Shown here: piece after piece, positions 32,199 through 42,322 of the stretch
Position numbering within the stretch: the stretch's first letter is position 1
How the letters are laid out: every line of letters begins with the position of its first letter
Position numbers and translations under genes: made by a program
Notes under the pieces: model-generated
Databases searched by the model: none
What the model was told of the DNA's origin: nothing
The model's input: the letters and a program-made list of their open reading frames with translations, nothing else
Origin: Bacillota bacterium
GTDB lineage: Bacteria > Bacillota > Clostridia > Christensenellales > Aristaeellaceae
NCBI GenBank assembly: GCA_023409955.1
Contig: JAEYQQ010000131.1
Span: forward strand, 2,853-66,852
Reading direction: 5' to 3'
Length of the DNA: 64,000 nucleotides

Positions 32199-32726
32199 AT
32201 GATAACAACCCCGCGTTTGATGATTCGGCGTTTTCTCCCTTCTGATGCGGCTGAGCTGCATGAGTACCTATCCGACCAGCAGGTGGTGAAATACGAGCCC
32301 TATGATCCGCTGTCGTATGCTGAGTGCGTAAAGGAAGCGCAAAGACGCGCCTATGACGATGGATTCTGGGCTGTTTGTTTAAAAGACAGCGGCAAGCTCA
32401 TCGGCAATATCTATTTTGCCCGGCAGGAGTATGAAGCCTTTGAACTGGGATTTGTTTTTAACGCTGCATACCAAGGCAAGGGTTATGCGTATGAAAGTGC
32501 AAAGGCTGTCATGGAATATGCTTTTTTGAGTTTGGGCGCACGTAGGATTATTGCCATGTGCAACCCGGATAACTCAAAATCCTGGAGTCTGCTGGAAAGG
32601 CTTGGCCTTCGCCGGGAAGGCCATTTTAAGCAGAACGTTTATTTTCGCAAGGATGAACACGGACACCCCATCTGGCAGGATACGTTTGTGTATGCCATTT
32701 TGGCGAAGGAATGGCTTTCCATCTAA
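32199..32726 (+). CDS. GNAT family N-acetyltransferase (RimJ/RimL-like)
   Basis: MITTPRLMIRRFLPSDAAELHEYL..., QGKGYAYESAKAVMEYAF; ATG 32199 with GAAGG RBS. Confidence 0.85.
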   Translation: MITTPRLMIRRFLPSDAAELHEYLSDQQVVKYEPYDPLSYAECVKEAQRRAYDDGFWAVCLKDSGKLIGNIYFARQEYEAFELGFVFNAAYQGKGYAYESAKAVMEYAFLSLGARRIIAMCNPDNSKSWSLLERLGLRREGHFKQNVYFRKDEHGHPIWQDTFVYAILAKEWLSI

Positions 32727-32837
32727 GAGGGTTGATGGTTTTTGCGGTGCTTTGCCAGCATTTTATGCCTCCTTTGTATCCTTCGCTATTTTATGGTAAA
32801 ATACTAAGGAGGCATTACAGCCACTTTGGAGGAACGC

Positions 32838-35411
32838 ATGAAGGAAACATTTTTGATCGTGGATGGCAACAGCCTGATACACAGGGCCTTTCACGCGCTG
32901 CCGCTGCTAAATACATCATCCGGCGTGTATACCAACGCCGTTCAGGGTTTTTTTAGTATGCTATTTAAGGTCATGCAGGAGGAAAAGCCCCGCTTTTGCG
33001 CCGTGGCCTTTGACGAGCATGGTCCCACCTTCCGCCATGCGGTATATGCAGAGTATAAGGCGGGCAGGTCGGAGACCCCGGCGGAGCTTCGGCCGCAGTT
33101 TGGACTGATCCGGGAGCTGCTTGCAGCTTTGCATATTGGCGTATACAGCCTGGAAGGTTATGAGGCTGACGATCTCATTGGCACCATCGCCAAAAAGGCG
33201 GACGCGGAAGGGTACCGGGCGCTTTTGCTAACCGGTGACCGGGACGCATTGCAGCTGGTGGATAACAACATCAACCTACTCTTTCCTAAAAAAGGCTTTT
33301 CGGAAACCATGCTCTTTACGCCTATGACGGTGAAGGAGGAGTATGGAATTACCCCGGAACAGGTCACCGACTGGAAGGGTCTCATGGGGGATTCCAGCGA
33401 CAATATCCCCGGTATCCCAGGGGTGGGGGAAAAGACGGCGGTGAAGCTATTGGCCCAGTTTGGCACCATGGAAAAGGTGCTGGAAAATGCGGATAGCATC
33501 CCTGGCAAGCTGGGGGAGAAGGTTCGGGCGAACATGGACCTTGCCCGTTTTTCCAAGGACTTGGCCACCATCCGTCCCACCGCACCCAGTGATGTGAGCT
33601 TTCCCGATTGCCGTTTAAACCGTTTGGGCGAAGGGCTTGCGCTTTTTAAGCAATATGAATTGACCAGCCTTTCCCGCAGGCTGGCCGCTTTATCCGGGGA
33701 AGGGGAGAAAGAGGCGGAGGCGGCTCCGGCCGATATGGCACCGAGCGCCTATGGCCCCTTTGAGGAGCTTGCAAGCCTTAAGGAGATTCAGGAAACTGCC
33801 AACCAACTGGTAAAGGAGCAAGGCCCAGTGTCCCTGTTCCTTGGCGACAGCTTGACGCTGGCAGCCAATGGACGCCGCTACCGTGTGACCCTGCAGGGTG
33901 ATTTGCTGAGTCCAGGCCTGTCCAGGGGCGATGTGCTGCTGGCGCTCTCACCCCTATATACAGAGAAAGAGCTGGTCGTTCATGACCTGAAGAATCTGCT
34001 GCACAAGCTGGCGGATATTTCAGCGCCGCTGCCTGATAAGGTGATATGGGATACCATGATCGCCGCGTACCTGGTCAATCCTCAGGAGCGCAGCTATGCG
34101 TTGCACAATTTTACCCCCGGCGGCGAGGAGGATGCATCCTGCCTGCTGCCACTTTACCAAAACCAGTTGGCTCTGCTTACCCAAAGTGAGGGGCTTTCAC
34201 TGATGCTGGATATAGAGCTGCCCCTATGCCGGGTGCTGTTTTCCATGGAGCGGGCCGGTTTTGTTGTGGATAAGGAAACCCTGGTTCGCCTAGGCACTGA
34301 ATTCACTGCGCAGATCGAGTCTTTGCGTGAGCAGGTGTACGAGCTGACCGGCGTGCGTGGCTTCAACCTCAACAGCCCTCAGCAGTTGAGCAATGTGCTG
34401 TTTGAAACCTTAAAGCTGCCTGCGGGGAAGAAAAGCCAAAAGGGCTATTCTACCAGCGCTGACATACTGGAAGGGCTGGCGGACCTGCATCCGGCCATTA
34501 CGCCACTGCTGAACTACCGGCAAATTGTTAAGCTGAACGGGACCTATATTGAAGGCTTGCTACGGCTGATGGGCCAGGATGGCCGGGTACACACCACCTT
34601 TGACCAGGTGGGCACTGCTACGGGCCGCATTTCCAGCAATGACCCCAATTTGCAGAACATTCCTGTACGTTCGGCTCTGGGCCGTGAAATCCGTCGGGCC
34701 TTTGTACCCAAGCCAGGTTGGGTCTTATTGGATGCCGACTATTCTCAAATTGAGCTGAGGGTTCTGGCCCACTTGAGCGGCGATAAGAACATGGTGGAGG
34801 CCTTTAGGTTAGGGCAGGACATACACACTCGCACAGCCGCTGAAGTATTTGGCGTGCCCATGGCCGAGGTAACCTCGCAAATGCGCTCCAGTGCCAAGGC
34901 GGTGAACTTTGGCCTGGTGTACGGCATCAGCGACTTTGGCCTGGCTAGGAACACAGGTGTTACCCGCAAGGAAGCTGCGGAATTTATGCGCAGGTATTTT
35001 GAACGCTATCCCGGTGTGAAAACCTTTATGGAGGAAGCAGTAAAAATGGGCAAGGAAAAGGGGTATGCCCAAACCTTGCTTAACAGGAGGCGAAACCTGC
35101 CGGAGCTGAAAAGCCCCAACGCCAACACAAGAAACTTTGGCGAGCGGGTGGCCATGAACGCGCCGGTGCAGGGCACGGCGGCAGACATTATCAAGCTGGC
35201 CATGGTCAGTGTGTACAATGCCTTGAAGAAGGAAAAGCTTCAGGCCCATTTGACGCTTCAGGTTCACGATGAACTGCTCATTGAGTGCCCGCCGGAGGAA
35301 GCGGAGCATGCCGCCAAGCTGCTGAAAGACTGCATGGAGCAGGTGGTTACGCTGGATGTACCGCTGATTGCAGAGGTCAATCAAGGGCCCAGCTGGTACG
35401 ATACAAAATAG
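32838..35411 (+). CDS. polA: DNA polymerase I
   Basis: ATG 32838 after GGAGG; 5' nuclease LIVDGNSLIHRAFHA, GIPGVGEKTA; polymerase motifs DYSQIELRVLAH, RSSAKAVNFGLVYG, QVHDELLIE. Confidence 0.95.
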   Translation: MKETFLIVDGNSLIHRAFHALPLLNTSSGVYTNAVQGFFSMLFKVMQEEKPRFCAVAFDEHGPTFRHAVYAEYKAGRSETPAELRPQFGLIRELLAALHIGVYSLEGYEADDLIGTIAKKADAEGYRALLLTGDRDALQLVDNNINLLFPKKGFSETMLFTPMTVKEEYGITPEQVTDWKGLMGDSSDNIPGIPGVGEKTAVKLLAQFGTMEKVLENADSIPGKLGEKVRANMDLARFSKDLATIRPTAPSDVSFPDCRLNRLGEGLALFKQYELTSLSRRLAALSGEGEKEAEAAPADMAPSAYGPFEELASLKEIQETANQLVKEQGPVSLFLGDSLTLAANGRRYRVTLQGDLLSPGLSRGDVLLALSPLYTEKELVVHDLKNLLHKLADISAPLPDKVIWDTMIAAYLVNPQERSYALHNFTPGGEEDASCLLPLYQNQLALLTQSEGLSLMLDIELPLCRVLFSMERAGFVVDKETLVRLGTEFTAQIESLREQVYELTGVRGFNLNSPQQLSNVLFETLKLPAGKKSQKGYSTSADILEGLADLHPAITPLLNYRQIVKLNGTYIEGLLRLMGQDGRVHTTFDQVGTATGRISSNDPNLQNIPVRSALGREIRRAFVPKPGWVLLDADYSQIELRVLAHLSGDKNMVEAFRLGQDIHTRTAAEVFGVPMAEVTSQMRSSAKAVNFGLVYGISDFGLARNTGVTRKEAAEFMRRYFERYPGVKTFMEEAVKMGKEKGYAQTLLNRRRNLPELKSPNANTRNFGERVAMNAPVQGTAADIIKLAMVSVYNALKKEKLQAHLTLQVHDELLIECPPEEAEHAAKLLKDCMEQVVTLDVPLIAEVNQGPSWYDTK

Positions 35412-35578
35412 TGAAGAGGCGCTACCCTTGAGAAACCCGGCATTGGATACGATCCCATGCAAAAAAAATCGCATTACATGGTAAGCAAGAAAAACGAAAT
35501 TCCATACGTTATATCCATATCCTCCATAGGCTTATATATATATAAAACGCATACAGATGATAACAGGGAGGGCAAACA

Positions 35579-36193
35579 ATGTATGTTATCGCCCTCACCG
35601 GGGGCATTGCCAGCGGTAAGACAACGCTGCTGACTGCGCTTTTTAAGCATGGCGCACCGGTGATAGATGCGGACCAAATATCCAGATCACTCACAGCGCC
35701 GGGGGGCCAGGCGCTGCCAGCAATACAGGCTGCCTTTGGCGATGGGGTATTTGCGGCAGATGGTACCCTTGACCGAAAGACGCTGGCTGCCATCATCTTT
35801 GCGGATGAAGCAGCCCGCCGCAAGCTGGAAACCATCATCCATCCCCTGGTAGATTGGCATATCCGGCAGGAGCTGCAAACTCTGTCTGCAGGCTACAAGG
35901 CTGCCATCGTGGATATCCCACTTTTGTACGAGGCTGGTATGGAATCCATCGCTAATGAGGTTTGGTGCGTATATGTTCCCCGGCAGGAACAAATACGAAG
36001 ACTATGTGCCCGGGACAGGCTGACCCGTGAACAGGCATTATTGCGTTTAAACAGCCAAATGGATCCCCGGGAAAAATGCCGCAGGGCGGACCATGTGATC
36101 CGAACCGACGGTACGCCGGAGGAAACCGCCGCCAAGGCAGTGGTCCTTTGGCAGAATGTGCTCAATTCGCTGGGAGGAACTCATATTGACTGA
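35579..36193 (+). CDS. coaE: dephospho-CoA kinase
   Basis: MYVIALTGGIASGKTT P-loop; 204 aa; GGGAGGG RBS. Confidence 0.9.
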   Translation: MYVIALTGGIASGKTTLLTALFKHGAPVIDADQISRSLTAPGGQALPAIQAAFGDGVFAADGTLDRKTLAAIIFADEAARRKLETIIHPLVDWHIRQELQTLSAGYKAAIVDIPLLYEAGMESIANEVWCVYVPRQEQIRRLCARDRLTREQALLRLNSQMDPREKCRRADHVIRTDGTPEETAAKAVVLWQNVLNSLGGTHID

Positions 36194-36203
36194 CACCCGT
36201 TCC

Positions 36204-36890
36204 ATGACAACACCAACTGCTGCCCGCACCCCACGCCGCCATAAAGCGAGAATGGCCCGTTGGCTTTCGGTATTGTTTATTGTGTTGTTGCTTATATTTA
36301 TTGGTTTAGTATTAGCCAAGGCGTTGATGGAAACGTATTTGTATACCCAGGAAAAAGCAAGGCAGATAGCGCATGAACAGCTGCTGTCCCAGCATCCGCT
36401 GCCTAATCAGTATGTTGAGGCCATAATGCAGGCAGCCCAGGAAAACAATGTGAATCCTGCTTTTCTGGCTGCCATTATCCTATGTGAAAGCTCTTACCGA
36501 AAGGATGCAGAAAGCAACGTAGGTGCCAGGGGGCTGATGCAGGTAATGCCGGATACGGCAGCCTGGATTGCCGATAAGCTTAACGAAGAAGATTCATACA
36601 ATTTCGAGCGCATGTACGATCCCATGGTGAATATTCGGTATGGAAGCTGGTATATTGGCTACCTGTCCCAGCGCTTTGGCGGTGATCCCATTTTGGTTGC
36701 AAGTGCTTATCACGCCGGACAGGGCGAGGTATCCGGCTGGCTGCAAAATTCTGACTATTCCCTGGATGGGCGTACCATACGGATCAATGACATGATTGAT
36801 GGACCAACAAAGCAATATGCACAAAGGGTGGTTTCGGCCTATGCAATTTACGAACGATTGTACTTTACCAAGGAGGAACCTGCTTCCTAA
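36204..36890 (+). CDS. lytic transglycosylase (SLT domain), membrane anchored
   Basis: ILCESSYRKDAESNVGARGLMQVMPDTAAW, AYHAGQG; start uncertain (TTG 36186 with GGAGG is an alternative). Confidence 0.8.
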   Translation: MTTPTAARTPRRHKARMARWLSVLFIVLLLIFIGLVLAKALMETYLYTQEKARQIAHEQLLSQHPLPNQYVEAIMQAAQENNVNPAFLAAIILCESSYRKDAESNVGARGLMQVMPDTAAWIADKLNEEDSYNFERMYDPMVNIRYGSWYIGYLSQRFGGDPILVASAYHAGQGEVSGWLQNSDYSLDGRTIRINDMIDGPTKQYAQRVVSAYAIYERLYFTKEEPAS

Positions 36891-38436
36891 GGCACTGTGC
36901 CTTGCACTGGGCCTGATGCTGGTTGCAATAGCGGGTGCTTCGGCATCCAACATAGGCTCATCCATGTTACTTGGCCTTATCTCTACAAAGACGGAAGAGG
37001 TCTATCCATTGGAGCCGGTGGAGAGGGATCTTACTTCACTGTATGATCTGGTATATGAAGGCCTCTTTACCATCAATGATGATTATCGGCCGGAAGGAAA
37101 GCTGGTGGAGAGCTGGGTTGCGCCTACCGGCAACGGAAAGACATGGACTTTCCGCTTGAAAAGCGGCATCATGTTTTCAGATGGAACGCCGCTGACAGCT
37201 GGTGATGTGGTAGCCACCACCCAGTACATATTGGACAGGGCCAGAGACGAATCAGCCTCATACAAGGGGTATTATGGCAATCTGCGGTATTTTATAGAAA
37301 GCGTTCGTGCCGAAGACGACTTGACGGTGGTCATGAAGGCTTCGCGTTCCTACTACGGGCTTTTGTATGCACTGACGTATCCCATTCTTCCTGCGGACCG
37401 GGTGGATCAGCCGAACCCGCCTGGAACAGGGCCCTATGTCATGAATTTCCTACCCCGGGAGCATGCGGCGCTGACGGTGAACAGCAAATGGTGGCACCAG
37501 CCGCCCAAGGTAAAAGAGATATTGGCTGTCTTTCATGTGAACAACCGAGATATTATTGACAGTTACGAATACGCCAGGGTGGATACAGTGTTTACGCGGT
37601 CCATATCAGCTGCGCAATACAAAAGCGGCACGACCTCCCTGCGCCTGGATTACCGTTCCCGTCAGCTGGAAACACTTCTTATGAACAATTCACGCCTTGA
37701 GTTTCAGGATGTAAGGGTTCGACAGGCGATACGCTATGCCATCAATATCGATCAGATCGCCGCTTCTGTTTACATGAATATGGTCTTGAGAACAGATACA
37801 CCGTTGCCGGCCGGCAACTGGCTTTATGCTGATAACGTAAGCGCTTATGCCAATGATCTTGAAAAAGCGAAAGCTCTTTTAGAGGAAGCCGGGTGGCGCG
37901 ACCCTGATGGCGATGGGATGCGAAACATGGTGGTGGATGGAAAGCCGCGTAACTTGAATGTGCAGCTGTATGTGTATGAGGATAGCGAGAACAGTGTCCG
38001 GGTGGAGACAGCCAACATGATCAAGGATATGCTGGCCAAGGTGGGGATACGGGTGAATATCAACATCGAAACATTTGCGGATGTTGCTAACCGGCTGCCC
38101 AACGGCTCCTATGATATGGCACTGGCGTCCTATCAATTGGATTTGGTACCCGATCCCGGATTCTTGCTGATGAGCGGCAATGTCAGTGCAGGCAACTACA
38201 GCCGGTATCGAGATGAAGAAATGGATCGCCTTTTTAAAGAACTGCGAACCAAGGTAGACCCTGCTGCGTTTTCACAAACACTCAATGCCATCCAGCAGAA
38301 ATTTACCCAAGATGTGCCGTTTATCTGCCTTTTCTATCGAAGTGGTGCTGTGTTGACGCGTAAGATGTATACAACGGCAAGGGATGTTCGTGAACTGGAG
38401 CTCCTGCGTGGGATTGAGAATTTTGCCGGCAATTGA
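36841..38436 (+). CDS. ABC transporter substrate-binding protein, family 5 (peptide/nickel type), orphan
   Basis: signal peptide ..RRNLLPKALCLALGLMLVAIAGASAS; WTFRLKSGIMFSDGTPLTAGDV; start uncertain (36841 ATG, or CTG 36880 after AGGAGG); no permease genes adjacent. Confidence 0.8.
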   Translation: MQFTNDCTLPRRNLLPKALCLALGLMLVAIAGASASNIGSSMLLGLISTKTEEVYPLEPVERDLTSLYDLVYEGLFTINDDYRPEGKLVESWVAPTGNGKTWTFRLKSGIMFSDGTPLTAGDVVATTQYILDRARDESASYKGYYGNLRYFIESVRAEDDLTVVMKASRSYYGLLYALTYPILPADRVDQPNPPGTGPYVMNFLPREHAALTVNSKWWHQPPKVKEILAVFHVNNRDIIDSYEYARVDTVFTRSISAAQYKSGTTSLRLDYRSRQLETLLMNNSRLEFQDVRVRQAIRYAINIDQIAASVYMNMVLRTDTPLPAGNWLYADNVSAYANDLEKAKALLEEAGWRDPDGDGMRNMVVDGKPRNLNVQLYVYEDSENSVRVETANMIKDMLAKVGIRVNINIETFADVANRLPNGSYDMALASYQLDLVPDPGFLLMSGNVSAGNYSRYRDEEMDRLFKELRTKVDPAAFSQTLNAIQQKFTQDVPFICLFYRSGAVLTRKMYTTARDVRELELLRGIENFAGN

Positions 38437-38517
38437 ATACGCCCCATGCAATACCCACTTCACATCGCTTGTAAAGTGAAATTCGCCTGAGAATGTGCTA
38501 AGGCTCAGCGTGTTAAT

Positions 38518-38600
38518 AAAGTGGATATGCTACTTTTTTGAGTTTTTCCCTACACTGCGGCTGCACCTTTGTGTGGCCGTTTGCTCGTGTAAGGAAGGAA
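38518..38600. repeat. about 95-nt hairpin-containing repeat unit, copy 2
   Basis: AAAGTGG-atatg-CTACTTTTTT then ..TTTTTCCCTACACTGCGGCTGCACCTTTGTGTGGCCGTTTGCTCGTGTAAGGAAGGAA; aligns with 24582..24677. Confidence 0.7.
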
Positions 38601-38601
38601 C

Positions 38602-38628
38602 AAAAAAAAGCCCATCCGTTGGATGGAC
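38602..38628 (-). terminator. intrinsic terminator after pfkA
   Basis: minus strand GTCCATCC-aac-GGATGGGC then TTTTTTTT. Confidence 0.75.
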
Positions 38629-38655
38629 TTGATTTGGCAGCACTCGTTACGTTAT

Positions 38656-39705
38656 TTACAGTTGGTTCGCCAGGGTGTAAAGCTTTTTATTAAAGCGGCG
38701 TGTGCATTTCAAGGCACGCTCAATGGGCATGTGGAAAACCTTTCCCTGCTTAACGCCTATGACTTGGTTGCTGATGCCATCCCGCAAGAGCTGAACAGCC
38801 ATATTGCCGGCTTCAAAGGCAAAGGCGCTGTCCCGGAAGGTGGGGCTGGCACCGCGCTGAGTATGACCCAGCACTGTGGCACGGGCTTCCACCATGCCGC
38901 ATTTGCGCTTTAACACGGATGCGAATCGCATTGCACTCATAGGTTCGCCTTCAAAGCATTTCTTGCCGTTTGCATTAAGGAAGGTGCAAAAATCAAAAGG
39001 CTTCATGGATTCCCAGCAACCCTCTGCAACCACAATGGTTGCGCGGGTGTTGCCACCGGCAATCAGCTGATTTAAGCGACGGGCCACAGAGTCCACACTC
39101 CAGGAAACCTCGGGAACAACCACAATTTCAGCGCCTGTAGAAACAGCGGTATTCAAAGCAATATCACCGCAATGCCGACCCATGACCTCTACCACAGCAG
39201 GCCTGTCATGACTGCGGGAGGTGGCACGGATGGAGCGAACGGCATCAACACAAACATTGACAGCGGTATCAAAGCCCAGTGTCATTTCTGTATAGGGCAG
39301 ATCGTTGTCGATGGTTCCGGGTATACCGATGCAGGGTACGCCTAGCTCGCTAAGGCGCATAGCACCCTGAAAGCTACCGTCACCACCGATGACCACCAGG
39401 CCGCCAATCTCCTGATCCTTAATAAATTGGGCAGCTTTTGCCCTCACCTCAGGGTCGAGAAATTCCCTGCACCGGGCGGTGCGAAGGTATGTTCCAGGAA
39501 GATCTGCAATATCCAGAACAGTGTCCAGCTGCAGTTCCAGCAAATCATCTTCAATTTTTTCGTTTTTGCGAAGAAGGCCGTTATAACCGCGCTTGATACC
39601 AATAAGCTGCATACCGTACATGGCTGCACTGCGGGCTACCGATACTACGGCGGCATTCATTCCAGGGCTATCCCCGCCGCTTGTCAATACACCGATTTTT
39701 TTCAT
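38656..39705 (-). CDS. pfkA: ATP-dependent 6-phosphofructokinase
   Basis: ATG 39705 (track start 39765); MKKIGVLTSGGDSPGMNAAV, GGDGSF, IGIPGTIDND, MGRHCGDIAL. Confidence 0.9.
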   Translation of the reverse strand: MKKIGVLTSGGDSPGMNAAVVSVARSAAMYGMQLIGIKRGYNGLLRKNEKIEDDLLELQLDTVLDIADLPGTYLRTARCREFLDPEVRAKAAQFIKDQEIGGLVVIGGDGSFQGAMRLSELGVPCIGIPGTIDNDLPYTEMTLGFDTAVNVCVDAVRSIRATSRSHDRPAVVEVMGRHCGDIALNTAVSTGAEIVVVPEVSWSVDSVARRLNQLIAGGNTRATIVVAEGCWESMKPFDFCTFLNANGKKCFEGEPMSAMRFASVLKRKCGMVEARATVLGHTQRGASPTFRDSAFAFEAGNMAVQLLRDGISNQVIGVKQGKVFHMPIERALKCTRRFNKKLYTLANQL

Positions 39706-39918
39706 ATAACTAACGCTCCTGGTTTTAGATAAATAGAACACATGTATTTGTATGAATGGTTGCAAACAAGAAGACCATATCAGTATCGATTATAGCACGT
39801 TTACCTATGTGTTTCCAGTTCTTTTTTTCACAATCAAAGGGGAAGAATTTTGTTGAAAACAGGAGTTTTTCAAGCTGCGGCGAACTTCTTTTGATGGGCT
39901 TACACGGGAGGTGCTAAA

Positions 39919-41229
39919 GTGGGAAGATGGAAACCCAGAGTGGATGGCGATCACGCAGCACAGATTCTTTCCAGGGCTGTGGCGTGTCATACCATATCAT
40001 ACAAAGACAGGGAGAGTGATCTTGCACCCTTCCTGGCGCTGCATCAGCTGCTGAAAGAGGCGTATCCGACACTCTTTTCAACAGCCCATGCACAGGCAGT
40101 CGCTGGGGGATCGCTTTTACTACTGCTGCCTGGCGCTCAAAAAACCAGGCCGCTTTTGTTCCTGTCGCATATGGATGTGCGGCCTGTGGATGATGCTAAT
40201 CTAACACTATGGGAGTATCCTCCTTTTTCAGGCACTATTTCAAAAGGGGTTGTGCATGGCCGTGGTGCGTTTGAAGGTAAGGGTCGTATCATCGCCTTAT
40301 GCGAGGCGGCTGAAAGCCTGCTGGTAAACGGCTGGCGGCCCAGTGCGGATATATGGTTCGCTTTTTCGCAGGACTCCCAGGTTTATGGCCCCAGCGCAAA
40401 GCAATTGTGCCGTATCCTCCAGGCACAAAGCGTGGAACCGGCTTTTATACTCGATGGCGGCGGAGCGGTAGAGGGCCGCTTTGCAAAAATCGGCGTGGCC
40501 GAAAAGGGATATGCCGATATCGCATTGACTATATTGGGTGAGGGGGGCTTTGCATCCCAGCCCCTGCTGAACACCGATTTTCAGGATCTGATTAAAGTGG
40601 CAGCCAGAATATCAAAAACCACCATGAAGCCAAGGCTTTGCCAGCCGGTTAGCTGGATGCTGCAAGCCATGGCTCCACATATGCCCTTTTTCAGGCGATT
40701 GGCCTTTGGTCATCCCGATTGGTTCTGGCAGTTGCTTTGCAGGTTGAAAAGGGACCCTGATATCCATCCGTCTTCTTTTTTCAGTACCATCGTACCTACC
40801 CAAATGGCCGCCAGTTCGGCACCGGATATCATGGCTCGGCGGCATACGCTGACATATCATTGCAGGTTGATGCCGGGGGATACGGTGGAGAAGGTGATCG
40901 CTCATCTACGTTCTGCCATTATGCCGGGGGATATCCGCCTGGCGGTGCTGGGGGCGGAGCATCCAAGCGGAGTAGCGCCTGCCAGCGGCGGAGCCTGGGA
41001 TGCCCTTGCAACGGCCATACAAATCCTGTTTCCGGAAGCCGTTACGGTTCCATGCCTGATTGAAGGCACGACCGATGCCCGCTGTTATGAAGAGCTGGGG
41101 GGCACAATTTATCGGTTCTCGCCCTTTCGCACCGGGAAGGATGAAGGGCATCGTCTGGTAAATGAATGTATTTCACAAGAGAATCTTGAACTGGGCATCC
41201 AATTTTATCAACAGATGCTGCAGGCATAA
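39919..41229 (+). CDS. M20 family metallopeptidase (ArgE/DapE/CPG2-like)
   Basis: GTG 39919 after GGAGG; LLFLSHMDVRPV, WEYPPFSG...GVVHGRGAFEGKG. Confidence 0.8.
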   Translation: MGRWKPRVDGDHAAQILSRAVACHTISYKDRESDLAPFLALHQLLKEAYPTLFSTAHAQAVAGGSLLLLLPGAQKTRPLLFLSHMDVRPVDDANLTLWEYPPFSGTISKGVVHGRGAFEGKGRIIALCEAAESLLVNGWRPSADIWFAFSQDSQVYGPSAKQLCRILQAQSVEPAFILDGGGAVEGRFAKIGVAEKGYADIALTILGEGGFASQPLLNTDFQDLIKVAARISKTTMKPRLCQPVSWMLQAMAPHMPFFRRLAFGHPDWFWQLLCRLKRDPDIHPSSFFSTIVPTQMAASSAPDIMARRHTLTYHCRLMPGDTVEKVIAHLRSAIMPGDIRLAVLGAEHPSGVAPASGGAWDALATAIQILFPEAVTVPCLIEGTTDARCYEELGGTIYRFSPFRTGKDEGHRLVNECISQENLELGIQFYQQMLQA

Positions 41230-42002
41230 TGCGAAGGAGCATATACGGGTATATGAGCAATACAAGCATTCCAATTACGCAAAAAGCGGCCTTGAAGGCC
41301 GCTTTTGCGCAAACACTTCCTGTTATGGCAGGGTATTTGTTTTTGGGTTCAGCCTTTGGCCTATTGCTGCGGGGGAAAGGATATGGCCCTGTATGGGCTT
41401 TTGCCATGAGTCTTACCATTTATGCGGGATCCATGCAATTTGTGGCGGCTGGGCTGTTGGCGGCCACTTTCTCACCAATGACAGCGCTTGCAGTGACGCT
41501 GATGGTGAATGCAAGACATTTGTTCTACGGTCTTTCCATGCTGGAGTCTTTTGGAAATATGGGATGGCGCAAGCCCTATATGATTTTCTCCCTGACAGAT
41601 GAGACGTATGCGCTGCTGTCTGGCATGAGAGCACCGGCCATGGCAGAGGATTATGATACCTTCTTTTTTATTTCTGTTCTGAACCAGAGCTACTGGGTGG
41701 TTGGGTCTGTGATAGGGAACCTGGCGGGGGAGTTATTGGCTTTTGATACAGAAGGCATAGCTTTTGCCATGACAGCATTGTTTATGGTCATCTTTACGCA
41801 GCAATGGCTGGGAGCGGATAAGGAAAGATGGGTAAGGGGATTTTTCAAAGCGCACGGCCCTGCGCTCATTGGTATTTTTGTTTCGATAATCAGCCTGCTG
41901 ATTTTCGGACCGGATTATTTTCTGCTGCCTTCCATGGGCGGGTTGCTAATACTGTTCGCTGTTTTGCGCAAGTACTTTGATGGGGAGGTTACGGAATCAT
42001 GA
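41229..42002 (+). CDS. azlC: AzlC family branched-chain amino acid exporter subunit
   Basis: LPVMAGYLFLGSAFGLL...SLTIYAGSMQF...NARHLFYGLS; start uncertain (41229 or 41253). Confidence 0.8.
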   Translation: MRRSIYGYMSNTSIPITQKAALKAAFAQTLPVMAGYLFLGSAFGLLLRGKGYGPVWAFAMSLTIYAGSMQFVAAGLLAATFSPMTALAVTLMVNARHLFYGLSMLESFGNMGWRKPYMIFSLTDETYALLSGMRAPAMAEDYDTFFFISVLNQSYWVVGSVIGNLAGELLAFDTEGIAFAMTALFMVIFTQQWLGADKERWVRGFFKAHGPALIGIFVSIISLLIFGPDYFLLPSMGGLLILFAVLRKYFDGEVTES

Positions 42003-42322
42003 GCAGTATGCAGGCAGCGGTTACTGTGGGCATTATTGCACTGACTACGCTATTGATCCGTGCAGCGCCTTTTGTACTGTTTCCCAAAGCACAAAATGCC
42101 CCGCCCTTTATACGGTATCTGGGCAGGGTTCTACCCCGTGCTGTAATGGGGATGCTGGTGGTATATTGTTTTAGAACCTTGCGCTTTGACGTGTATCCTT
42201 ATGGGCTGCCAGAGATGGCAGCCGGTGCTGCTGCGGCTTTGCTTTCTATCGTAAAGCGCAGTGTGATACTGAGCATTGCGGCATCCACTATCATGTATAT
42301 GATAGTGCTGGGTGTCTTATAG
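41999..42322 (+). CDS. azlD: AzlD family small membrane subunit
   Basis: 107 aa, ATGA overlap with azlC stop; LLIRAAPFVLF motif. Confidence 0.75.
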   Translation: MSSMQAAVTVGIIALTTLLIRAAPFVLFPKAQNAPPFIRYLGRVLPRAVMGMLVVYCFRTLRFDVYPYGLPEMAAGAAAALLSIVKRSVILSIAASTIMYMIVLGVL

